This document shows, in pieces, positions 38,011 through 46,901 of a stretch of DNA of 64,000 bases. The position numbers were made by a program, and so were the translations under genes. The notes beneath the pieces are model-generated. The model was given only the letters and a program-made list of their open reading frames with translations. It did not search any database and was not told the DNA's origin. The stretch is from a bacterium. GTDB lineage: Bacteria; Hinthialibacterota; Hinthialibacteria; Hinthialibacterales; Hinthialibacteraceae. Each line of letters opens with the position of its first letter. Positions within the stretch are counted from its first letter, which is position 1. Location: NCBI GenBank assembly GCA_963662285.2, contig CAXXMV010000006.1, positions 96,001 to 160,000 on the forward strand, read 5' to 3'.

Positions 38011-39777
38011 GTGACCAACCAGACTTTCGAAAAAAATCTGCAATGCCTGCAAAAACGCTACCCCGACTACGCGGAAGCGGTGCGTCAGAAGGACGTCGAC
38101 CGAATCACTACCGGGATCAACCACGATTTAATCCAAAATTGGCTGCAAAAAGCATACTCTCCCAACAAGCAGCAGGCCGTACTGCTGGGATTAGCCAATG
38201 GTTACGTCATAGAACAACTTCAGCAGGTTTTTGCTCCGCATTTTTTAGTCATCATCGAAAGCGATTTCAAAAACCTTACTTCAGCCATGCATCACATAGA
38301 CCTGTCAGACGCGCTGAACGATGAATCATATCACTGGATAGTGGGCTGTCACCCCGCTCAAATCGAAGAAGCGCTGCAATACGTCAAATCGAGATTGGCG
38401 GCGCATGGATTTCAAGTTTTAAGGACGCCCACCGCCAATCAAAGCGAGATACTCTACAATGAAGCCATCCTGAAAAAGTTGCCCGAAATTATTGAGCGAG
38501 AGACCTTCAGCCTGCGCGCATTTCTGGCCCGTGGAACAGGAACCCAAAGCAACATCGCCAGCAACCTGCCCATTATTATTGATGCTTACCCGTTAGACGC
38601 CGTCATACAAAAATTCCAGAACATGCCCGCCATTATCACCGCCGCCGGGCCGTCGCTGGATAAAAACGTCGACTTACTTGCAGGTCTGGATAACCGGGCG
38701 GTATTATTGTGCGTCGATACAGCAGTTCGAACTCTGCTTCCCAAGGGAATTCATCCCCATTTCGTCGTCACGTCCGATCCGACTCCTGTAAATGCCAAAC
38801 ATTTCAATGATATAACATTGCCCGAACAAACCTTTTTCGCTTTCGCCCCCGACGCCTCTCCCAAGGCGATAGAAAAATTCAAAGACCATAGCCGTAAACT
38901 ATGCCTTTTCGATAACAGCAACTGGTTCAACGAGCATTACCGTAAGCTGATGAATCTCCACAAACTGCTTCCCCGCCCTATGCATGTAGGCGAAGCGGCT
39001 ATCCGGCTGGCCATAGCGATGGGATGTGATCCTATCATATTGGTTGGACTAGACTTAGCGCTGCCATCCAACTCACAAGCAACTCACGCCGCCGCCAGCG
39101 CCCGTGCGGCGCGCATCGTGTCCACTGATAATAACCATATCACCATAGAAGATGAAACGGGAACAACCATAAGCCATGATATAACCACGGTTCCTGGAAT
39201 CGACGGCAATCCTGTTTTAACTTATTACTCGTTCAAGATGTATCTGGATGATCTGCAAAATATTATCCAGGCAACGCCCAAAAAGTGGATTGACGCCACT
39301 GAAGGCGGCGCCTTGAAAGCGGGATGCATCAACCAGTCCCTGCAAGAAACCCTGGCTCAACTTGGGAAATCCATAGACATGGAAAAGCGCCTGCAAAGCA
39401 TGGGTAGGAGTTCAGTAGAACTAAGGCAGAACTGTATTGCATCATTTGAAACCAGCGTAAATCTGCTTAAAGAACTTGAAACAAACATGCAGAAATCCGC
39501 CGCCGGAGAATTATCCCTGGATGACGCAATGCAAACCTGGCATACATTCCTAAAAGACCCGGACATCCGCGCCCTGCTCGATCACGCCGCCTTCCCGTTT
39601 CGATTACAGCCCCACATAGACAAGATTGCGGATGACGGAAAAATGGAATTCCTGCGTCTACGAGCTGGAGAAGCCATAAATATCATCAAAATTTTTATCG
39701 CTTTATGGGATGATGGTTTACGTCAATGCAGGAATAGAAAAGACGGGTGGCAAGGGCAAGGCGAAGCCAGCCCTTGA
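38011..39777 (+). CDS. Motility-associated factor (Maf)/DUF115 glycosyltransferase-like protein
   Basis: FEKNLQCL, AIITAAGPSLDKN, GIHPHFVVTSDP, MGCDPIILVGLDLA and IDATEGGA motifs. Confidence 0.88.
   Translation: MTNQTFEKNLQCLQKRYPDYAEAVRQKDVDRITTGINHDLIQNWLQKAYSPNKQQAVLLGLANGYVIEQLQQVFAPHFLVIIESDFKNLTSAMHHIDLSDALNDESYHWIVGCHPAQIEEALQYVKSRLAAHGFQVLRTPTANQSEILYNEAILKKLPEIIERETFSLRAFLARGTGTQSNIASNLPIIIDAYPLDAVIQKFQNMPAIITAAGPSLDKNVDLLAGLDNRAVLLCVDTAVRTLLPKGIHPHFVVTSDPTPVNAKHFNDITLPEQTFFAFAPDASPKAIEKFKDHSRKLCLFDNSNWFNEHYRKLMNLHKLLPRPMHVGEAAIRLAIAMGCDPIILVGLDLALPSNSQATHAAASARAARIVSTDNNHITIEDETGTTISHDITTVPGIDGNPVLTYYSFKMYLDDLQNIIQATPKKWIDATEGGALKAGCINQSLQETLAQLGKSIDMEKRLQSMGRSSVELRQNCIASFETSVNLLKELETNMQKSAAGELSLDDAMQTWHTFLKDPDIRALLDHAAFPFRLQPHIDKIADDGKMEFLRLRAGEAINIIKIFIALWDDGLRQCRNRKDGWQGQGEASP
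39745..39777 (+). repeat. CAAGGG-hairpin repeat forming the last codons of the Maf gene
   Basis: GGGTGGCAAGGGCAAGGCGAAGCCAGCCCTTGA; the terminal TGA is the stop codon. Confidence 0.85.
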
Positions 39778-39865
39778 GGCATACTCAGTAACTATCGAAA
39801 TTATGCAATCGCTGATAATATAGAGGTTTACAACCGTATTAACGCATGAAATATTGAGAATTGTT

Positions 39866-40426
39866 CTAAAAATTAATTGCCTTGATTTCCAGATTGGTTA
39901 TCTCTGGAGGAAGTTCGACGAAGCGGTCTACCAAGCCAAAGGTCTGCACGATTTTACCTGCAATCGAGATGAAACCCCGTGGAATCCAGATATTTATGTT
40001 ATGACCATGATGCCCGCCTTCTTTAACATGGATTTTCAAAAATCCTTGCGAAGCGGCGCTGGATGAGGTTAAAGGTTCCACGTAAATCCTGATATTATCA
40101 TCACCGGTAATACGCACTAAATCCTCGCCGTTCATGGTTTTAAGTTCATCAGTTATCATTCCCGGCGTAAGTTCCAATTCATGGCATAATTTACGGATTT
40201 CTTTGGGCATTACATTGAATGAGGTTTTGAGTAAAGAAAGAGGGATGGATACGTGTACTTCATCCCCATGATGTTCTTTAACTTCAATAACTAATAGGGC
40301 GTCACCGAAAATAGGCGCCGAAGAGACCGCGAAGACGCCAACGCCGCACACAATCATTAATAGAAAGAGTATCAAACCAAAGCGAATTAATTTTCTGATT
40401 CTTCTCATCATGATAAATCCCTCCAC
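39866..40426 (-). CDS. Hypothetical exported/membrane-anchored protein with an internal duplication
   Basis: N-terminal hydrophobic segment; twice [IH][EH]VKE..H...[VI].[VI].IP. GGAGG RBS before the MM at about 40411. Confidence 0.8.
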   Translation of the reverse strand: MEGFIMMRRIRKLIRFGLILFLLMIVCGVGVFAVSSAPIFGDALLVIEVKEHHGDEVHVSIPLSLLKTSFNVMPKEIRKLCHELELTPGMITDELKTMNGEDLVRITGDDNIRIYVEPLTSSSAASQGFLKIHVKEGGHHGHNINIWIPRGFISIAGKIVQTFGLVDRFVELPPEITNLEIKAINF

Positions 40427-40451
40427 TCATTTTTAACTGCTTATCTACTAA

Positions 40452-40477
40452 TACGTGAGCAGGAGGTATTTATTTCA
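40452..40477 (-). promoter_or_regulatory. Putative SigW-like ECF promoter
   Basis: Minus strand TGAAAT-N16-CGTA, just upstream of the 186 aa gene. Confidence 0.55.
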
Positions 40478-40667
40478 AAAACATCAGAAAATCATGTTTA
40501 AAAACGACAATATTGTTGGTTATTCTTTTGCACGGGCGCCTACTATCAACCCTCTCCTAGCCTCTCCCAATCTTGTATGAACCGGGCACATCCTTTACAG
40601 AATAAACCGGGCACATGGTTTACACAAGTCGATACTAAGAACCGACCAGAAGAAAGGAGTCGGTTCG

Positions 40668-41879
40668 ATGACTTGGAAGGAAAACAGTGCCATGGATGCA
40701 AGAATGAAATTTATTGCGGATGTCCTCCGCAAAGAAGACACACTAAGCGCCTTATGCCAAGCATATGGCATTAGTAGACCAACCGGATATAAATGGATCA
40801 AGCGCTATCAGGAAGACGGTCCTGGTGGATTGGAGGAGCGATCCCGGGCGCCCCATACCCAAGCACTAGCCGTTTCTAAAGAGACCGAAAAAGAAGTGAA
40901 GGCTATGCGAAAAAAGTTTCCGCACTACGGTCCTAAAAAATTACGGGTGGAACTGAAAAAAAAGGATGCGACGAAGCACTGGCCGGCAACCAGTACGATT
41001 GGCGAGATACTAAAACGCAAAAATCTGATTGTCAGCCGCAAGCAAAAAGATCGCGCCAAACCAAGTGGTGAAGCGTTAACCGAATTCGACCAAGTGAACC
41101 GCGTATGGTGCGCGGATTTCAAAGGAGATTTTCTAACGGGAGACGAACATCGATGTTTCCCTTTAACCGTATCGGAAGGGGCTAGCCGCTATTTACTCTG
41201 CTGCCAAGGCATGCAAGAAACCAATGGCGCATTGGTACGCGTAATTTTCGAGCAGATTTTTCGCGAGTATGGTTTACCAGAAGTCATTCGAACGGATAAC
41301 GGGGCGCCCTTTGCGTCGACCGGAATCGGAGGGTTAACCAAATTATCCGTGTGGTGGATAAAACTGAGAATTTATCCAGAACGAATCCAGCCGGGTCGGC
41401 CTCAACAAAATGGCCGTCATGAGCGAATTAACCGGACCTTGAAAGCAGAGGCCATTTCTCCACCAGCGCCAACGCTGCGTGAACAACAAAAACGTTTTGA
41501 TCAATTTCAAAAAGTGTACAACGAAGAGCGGCCTCATGAGAGTTTGGGACAACGACCTCCCGCGCAGTTGTATCAACCCTCGCCGCGCGTCTATTCAGGT
41601 AAAGCGCCGAATTGGGAGTATCCAGAGACCATGCAGGTGCGCTAAGTGAAAACCCATGGTGAAATCAGTTGGCGAAGCAAGCATTGGTATTTGGGGGAAG
41701 CTTTGGGAGGTGAATTGGTGGGACTAGAGGAATTGGAAGAGAATAATTGGCGCATTAGTTTGGGTAACGTGATTCTCGGTTGGTTGAATATGTCAAAAGG
41801 TGAGGTGGTGCGTGAATTGTCTTTGAGACGCATCAATCATCCAAAAGCAATCAGTCACCCGGCAGTATGTCCCAGGTAA
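40668..41879 (+). pseudogene. IS481 transposase interrupted by an in-frame TAA (41643-41645)
   Basis: HTH (GISRPTGYKW), WCADFKG, IRTDNGAPF, PQQNGRHER and YNEERPHESL. The same frame continues VKTHGEISW...LGEALGGELVGL after the stop. Confidence 0.9.
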
Positions 41880-42005
41880 AAAATGAGCTAGGGAAGTATC
41901 AAGATGATGAATAATTCAGGTATTAATTTTCCTGAGATTGAATCCAGATCGTCTCTTTTTCGAGAAAATCAAAGAGCGCACGGGTGAAAAAAAAGGTGGC
42001 AATAT

Positions 42006-42207
42006 CGGGGGCGCCGCCCCCGTACCCCCGGAGTTTTTTTAGGCATTAGCACAAACTCCAGATAGTATGCAAAAAAAAGCAAAGGGACGGTTCTAAATCC
42101 GTCCCTTTAGCGACTATCCGTCGCCCGTGCACCAGGATATCCCTTGACAGGTTGCTCTCCAGCAGAGCCTGTCTCCGTTTCTCCTGGTGATAATAACTAT
42201 CGGATAG
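42006..42207. ncRNA. Candidate structured RNA/ssDNA element in the IS481 3' non-coding region
   Basis: At least five complementary helices seen by eye (see findings). The strand is undetermined. Confidence 0.5.
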
Positions 42208-42491
42208 CTCGAAATAATCTGTAGAAAAAGAAGTAAAAAAACAGTTCTAGCAAGTAAGCAATTCAGAATACGTTGATATACCTGAAAACGGATTATCTCT
42301 TTAAAAAAACAGATAAGTTGCCATAATTTTCGAGACAAAAGTGTAAACCATGTGCCCGGTCTAAAGTGTAAACTATGTGCCCGGTCATTCACAAGAGGGG
42401 GTTGTTTTCAGTAACTTCCGTTTTCTGATTTACGTAATAATCAATAGTTTAACTGCCGTTTTTAGGTTTATTCAACAATTTGGAGTTAATA

Positions 42492-43664
42492 ATGACAAAA
42501 CCAGAATTGAGAATAGTATTAACAGTATTTTTGACAACAATCCTCACGCTCAACATTTCTGCGCTTGAATTCGATCAACCTCTACCAGAGTCGCTTACCA
42601 AACAATTTCAAGATACACTGAATCAATATACAGAAAAAATAAAACCCGGATATATTCCCGGATATTCCGCCGCCGTCCATATCGAAGGAATCGGAATGTG
42701 GATTGGCGTTACCGGAAATGCTGTGAAAGGAGAAACAATCAGGACAGACGAGGGAGTAGAATACCCGGGCGCAATCCCTCTACAACACGGAGATCAATTC
42801 CATATTGGAAGCCTTACTAAACAGTTCGTTTCTGTTGTGGTATTGCGTCTTATGGAAGAGGGCAAACTAACTTTGGATGACACTCTGGAGCAGTGGGTTC
42901 CAGGTGGTATAGTAGCCAACGCTGAACTGATCACCATACGTCAATTACTAAGCCATACGAGTGGAGTATACGATAACACATCAGTACCAGTTTTTTTTAA
43001 TACTGTTAAACTCGATCCAAATTCGCCCGGCACGGCCAAAGAAATAATCGAATACGTAAAAGATAAAAACCCCAAATTTTCTCCTGGACAACCAGGACAG
43101 TTCAGTTACTCAAATTCAGGATACACCCTCCTCCACATGATAGTTGAAGCAGTTACGGGAAAACCTTTTGTAGAAGAATTCCACAGACTCGTGACTCAAC
43201 CACTAAACTTGAATGAAACTTATTATGGCGGTTTTGAAGAAATTACTGATTACTCTACTCTGGGCTATGAAGGAAGTAAGGTTGTATCAAATGACATGCA
43301 TTTATCATGGGCTGCGGGTGCGGGAAACATAGTCTCCACCGCCGACGACGTTTGCCGTTTCGCTTCAACGATATTCGGTGGATATTATCTTCAACCGGAA
43401 ACACTAATAGAAATGACTACTCCCATTGAAAACAACTATGGCCTTGGAGTTGGTGTTGCAGGAGAAGACTGGAAATACGTATTTCATTCAGGTAGTATTT
43501 TTGGATTCTGCTCAGATTTTATATATAATGCGAATTGTGGGATCACGGTGATTTGTCTTCAAAATTCATCATCGACTAATAATACGCGTAACATTAATAA
43601 TAAGTTCTTAAAAATATCCTTTGAATGGATTGAAACCTCAGTTCAGGAATGGTCTCTGTATTGA
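42492..43664 (+). CDS. Secreted serine hydrolase (beta-lactamase/D-Ala-D-Ala peptidase family), copy 1
   Basis: Signal peptide, SxxK (GSLTK), LLSHTSG, YSN and HSG motifs; ends ETSVQEWSLY*. GGAG RBS before ATG 42492. Confidence 0.93.
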   Translation: MTKPELRIVLTVFLTTILTLNISALEFDQPLPESLTKQFQDTLNQYTEKIKPGYIPGYSAAVHIEGIGMWIGVTGNAVKGETIRTDEGVEYPGAIPLQHGDQFHIGSLTKQFVSVVVLRLMEEGKLTLDDTLEQWVPGGIVANAELITIRQLLSHTSGVYDNTSVPVFFNTVKLDPNSPGTAKEIIEYVKDKNPKFSPGQPGQFSYSNSGYTLLHMIVEAVTGKPFVEEFHRLVTQPLNLNETYYGGFEEITDYSTLGYEGSKVVSNDMHLSWAAGAGNIVSTADDVCRFASTIFGGYYLQPETLIEMTTPIENNYGLGVGVAGEDWKYVFHSGSIFGFCSDFIYNANCGITVICLQNSSSTNNTRNINNKFLKISFEWIETSVQEWSLY

Positions 43665-43885
43665 TGTATACTTAGCGTTAGTTTAACTATTTATTGACAT
43701 CTTTGCTGAATCGCCTAATATCAATATAGAGATATAATAAAACCGCGGGGGGCGGAAAACTTATATCAAAATTCATTAATCAAAATATAACGAGCTGATG
43801 ACAATGGTTTACAACCATTTCCCAAAGGACATTTGCGTCATTCATTTGACATTGGCAAGTTATATTTTATGAAAGGAACTAGAAA

Positions 43886-44482
43886 ATGAAAATTATCGGC
43901 GTTAATTGCAGTCCCAGAAAAGGTCAAAGCACATATCAGGCGCTTGAAATCAGCATGGGCGGTATAAGGGAAAAATATCCAGAAATAACCACAGAGATTA
44001 TTGAACTGGCGGGACGGGATATTCAAGGCTGCGTCGGGTGTGGAGCATGTAAAAAGGAATTGAAATGTCAGATTGATGATGATTTCAATTCTCTGATTCC
44101 ACAATTAGCCGATCAAGAGATTATTGGTATGATAATCGGCTCTCCCGTCTACCTGGGAACAATGACATCCCAATGTAAGGCATTTTTAGACCGCAGCTGT
44201 TCTCTTCGCCGTAATGGCTTCCTTTTCCGCAACCGGGTCGGAGCGGTGCTTGCGGTAGGCGGCATAAGGAATGGCGGACAGGAATTAACCATCCAGGCCG
44301 TCCAGGCGTCATTGCTTATTCACGACATGGTCATCGTAAGCGATGGCAACGATACAGCCCATTTTGGCGGCACATTATGGAATGCCGCCGATAAAGGTTT
44401 AGATAGTGATGAGTTCGGCGTAAAACTAGCCAAAAATGTTGGACTAAGAGTCGCTGAAGTTGCAATGATGATGCATAAATAA
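43886..44482 (+). CDS. Iron-sulfur flavoprotein / NAD(P)H-dependent FMN reductase family
   Basis: SPRKGQST, CVGCGACKKELKC, GSPVY and RNGGQE motifs. Confidence 0.92.
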   Translation: MKIIGVNCSPRKGQSTYQALEISMGGIREKYPEITTEIIELAGRDIQGCVGCGACKKELKCQIDDDFNSLIPQLADQEIIGMIIGSPVYLGTMTSQCKAFLDRSCSLRRNGFLFRNRVGAVLAVGGIRNGGQELTIQAVQASLLIHDMVIVSDGNDTAHFGGTLWNAADKGLDSDEFGVKLAKNVGLRVAEVAMMMHK

Positions 44483-44531
44483 TTATTCCAAGCCGTCTTA
44501 TTTATTACAGTAACATGTTTAAGAAAGATAA

Positions 44532-44627
44532 CCGTATTCGCGTCATCAGATAACTGAATGGACTCTCTGGATTTTGGGCGCCGGTAAGAGATTGTACTTT
44601 TTCACTATCACCCATCCGGGAAACATG
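44532..44627 (-). pseudogene. Remnant 3' tip of a homologue of the 25415-28402 gene
   Basis: Translates to HVSRMGDSEKVQSLTGAQNPESPFSYLMTRIR versus HISEMGESDRVLSLTGAKNPEIPFNYLMTQMR (21/32 identical by hand count). Confidence 0.88.
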
Positions 44628-44685
44628 CTTAGACAATTGCTGACAATCGCTCTATTATCATTTATTCAAAAATTAGGAGTTCATA

Positions 44686-45858
44686 ATGATAAAACCAGGA
44701 TTCAGAATAGTTTTCACTGTATTTTTGACAGCAATCCTTCCGGTCATCACGTCTGCGCTTGAATTCGATCAACCTCTACCAGATTCGCTTACCGAACAAT
44801 TTCAACATACCCTGGATAACTATACACAAGATTCAATACCCGGTTATAGTCATGGGTATTCCGCCGCCGTCCATATCGAAGGGATAGGAATGTGGATTGG
44901 CGTCACTGGCAACGCGGTAAGAGGGAAACGAACTGCCACAGACAACGGGACTGAGTACCTGGGCGCAATCCCCCTGCAACCCGGAGATCAATTTCATATT
45001 GGAAGCCTCACCAAACAGTTTGTTTCTGTTGTGGTATTACGTCTTATGGAAGAAGGCAAACTAACTTTGGATGACACTCTGGAACAATGGGTTCCCGGCG
45101 GTGTAGTAGCCAACGCCGAACTGATCACCATCCGTCAATTGCTTAGCCATACGAGTGGAGTATACGACAACACGGCATTACCAGAGTTTTTTAGTACTGT
45201 AACAATCGATCCAAATTCGTCCGGTACTGCCAAAGAAGTGATCGAATTTGTAAAAGATAAAACTCCAAAGTTTTCTCCTGGACAAGAAGGAAAGTTCAGT
45301 TATTCAAATTCCGGATACACGCTCCTCCACATGATAGTTGAAGCGGTTACAGGGAAACCATTTGTAGAAGAATTCCACCGGCTCGTGACTCAACCGCTCA
45401 GTTTGAATGAAACCTATTATGGCGGCTTTGAAGAAATGCCTGATTACCCCACTCTGGGCTATGAGGGAAGTGGAGTTGTATCAAAAAACATGCATTTATC
45501 ATGGGCGGCGGGTGCGGGCAATATAGTCTCTACTGCAGATAATGTCTGTCGTTTTGCCTCCACGGTATTCGGTGGATATTATCTTCAACCGGAATCTTTA
45601 ATCGACATGATTACTCCCATCGAAAGCGACTATGGACTTGGTGTTTGGATTATAAATGGAAATGGGAAATACATATTACATTCTGGTAGTATCTTTGGAT
45701 TCAGATCAGAAATGATATATAATGCGAATCATGGGATCACGGTGGTTTGCCTGCAAAATTCATCGTCGACTAATAACACGCGTAAAATCAATAGCGAGTT
45801 CTTAAACATATCCTATGATTGGATTGAAACGGTAGTTTATGAATGGTCTCTTTATTGA
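44686..45858 (+). CDS. Secreted serine hydrolase, copy 2
   Basis: Paralogue of 42492-43664 with the same catalytic motifs; ends ETVVYEWSLY*. AGGAG RBS. Confidence 0.93.
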   Translation: MIKPGFRIVFTVFLTAILPVITSALEFDQPLPDSLTEQFQHTLDNYTQDSIPGYSHGYSAAVHIEGIGMWIGVTGNAVRGKRTATDNGTEYLGAIPLQPGDQFHIGSLTKQFVSVVVLRLMEEGKLTLDDTLEQWVPGGVVANAELITIRQLLSHTSGVYDNTALPEFFSTVTIDPNSSGTAKEVIEFVKDKTPKFSPGQEGKFSYSNSGYTLLHMIVEAVTGKPFVEEFHRLVTQPLSLNETYYGGFEEMPDYPTLGYEGSGVVSKNMHLSWAAGAGNIVSTADNVCRFASTVFGGYYLQPESLIDMITPIESDYGLGVWIINGNGKYILHSGSIFGFRSEMIYNANHGITVVCLQNSSSTNNTRKINSEFLNISYDWIETVVYEWSLY

Positions 45859-45875
45859 TTTTCGCCTATCATAAA

Positions 45876-45911
45876 CGCCAAGGGCAAGACTGCAATGTGT
45901 CCAGCCCGTGA
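45876..45911 (+). repeat. Degenerate CAAGGG-hairpin repeat
   Basis: CGCCAAGGGCAAGACTGCAATGTGTCCAGCCCGTGA between convergent genes. Confidence 0.75.
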
Positions 45912-45956
45912 TGCTATTTTTTCGTTTTTATGAGAATTGGTATTGTATATTTCCAT

Positions 45957-46724
45957 CTAGTTTAATGTGCGGTTGCGAGATGCGTCGTTGAGGATATTGT
46001 TATCCTGTTCTATTAATTGGCGCATTTTTTCCACATCTTCCGGCGTGCCGATGTCTCCCCAGAAACCTTTTAGGGGTACGGCCAGAATTTTCTTTTGGTC
46101 TTCGATCATGAGGCGAATGGCGTCGGGTAATTCATATTCACCTCGCGGCGAGAGTTTGACCTGTTTTATATAATCAAAGATAGACGGTTGAAAAGCGAAC
46201 AGACCGGAATTGTTCCATTTTGAGGTTGAAGAACCCTGGGGAGGTTTTTCGATGATTTGGGTTATTTGCTTGGTGTTTTCATCGAAAAAAACAGCGGCGC
46301 CCTTGTAGGGATCGTCGATCTGATTGACGCACAGCAGCCCATCTGCTTGTGCAGTTTTCCATATATCCAGAACTTGAGGATAGTTGATGGGATTGGTGAT
46401 TATGTCGCCGAAGGTTAACAAGAAGGCATCATGTTTTACATAATCTTCAGTTACCCGCAAAGCGCCCGCCGTGCCATCAAGAGATTCCTGGCGAACGTAG
46501 GTCATCGATAGGCCGAAAGACTTTCCATCTCCGAAATGGTTCTCGATCAGGTTGGCATGGTAGCCGGTTACTATGACGAATTCGGTGATTCCCGTACTTT
46601 TAATGGAGTCAACGATTTTTTCCAGAATCAGTTCTTTACCGATGTCTATCATCGGTTTGGGTTGATTGTCAGTTAGATGGCGCATGCGGGTTCCGCGCCC
46701 GGCTGCTAGAATAACGGCTTTCAT
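45957..46724 (-). CDS. Sugar-phosphate nucleotidyltransferase (NTP_transferase family)
   Basis: MKAVILAAGRGTRM, PKPM, SPRGEYELPD and WGDIGTPED motifs. Confidence 0.92.
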   Translation of the reverse strand: MKAVILAAGRGTRMRHLTDNQPKPMIDIGKELILEKIVDSIKSTGITEFVIVTGYHANLIENHFGDGKSFGLSMTYVRQESLDGTAGALRVTEDYVKHDAFLLTFGDIITNPINYPQVLDIWKTAQADGLLCVNQIDDPYKGAAVFFDENTKQITQIIEKPPQGSSTSKWNNSGLFAFQPSIFDYIKQVKLSPRGEYELPDAIRLMIEDQKKILAVPLKGFWGDIGTPEDVEKMRQLIEQDNNILNDASRNRTLN

Positions 46725-46745
46725 ACAGGTATCCTTTTCTTGAGG

Positions 46746-46901
46746 TTAGAACTTTTCTTTAGTAACATCAGGTTTTTTGAGGTCTTTGAGCATAATGAGG
46801 ATATCGAAAAAGCCTTGAATAATCACCCACACGCTCATAATGCCAAAAGCGGTGACGCTGATGAAAAAGACGTATTTCCAGAGAATCATCCAAAAATCCA
46901 T
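46746..46901 (-). CDS. 51 aa small membrane protein coupled to the SSS transporter (not in the ORF track)
   Basis: MDFWMILWKYVFFISVTAFGIMSVWVIIQGFFDILIMLKDLKKPDVTKEKF*. The ATG overlaps the transporter stop (TAATG), with AAGGAG upstream. Confidence 0.8.
   Translation of the reverse strand: MDFWMILWKYVFFISVTAFGIMSVWVIIQGFFDILIMLKDLKKPDVTKEKF

Larger units (their letters stand above)
40574..42393 (+). mobile_element. IS481-family insertion sequence
   Basis: TGT...ACA ends, each with two tandem ACCGGGCACATnnTTTACA units in inverted orientation, enclosing a DDE integrase-core transposase. Confidence 0.93.

Noticed and set aside
40574-40625. Tandem ACCGGGCACAT repeats as iterons or CRISPR repeats
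   Set aside because: They are mirrored at 42341-42393 and are the transposase-binding repeats of the IS481 ends.
43790-43820. GCTGATGAC resembling the 3' part of a fluoride riboswitch
   Set aside because: The upstream GATGG...CC stem and pseudoknot partner are missing.
42492-45858. Antibiotic-resistance beta-lactamases, or a DGR template/variable repeat pair
   Set aside because: The motifs fit the broad serine hydrolase family. Differences are not adenine-specific and there is no reverse transcriptase.
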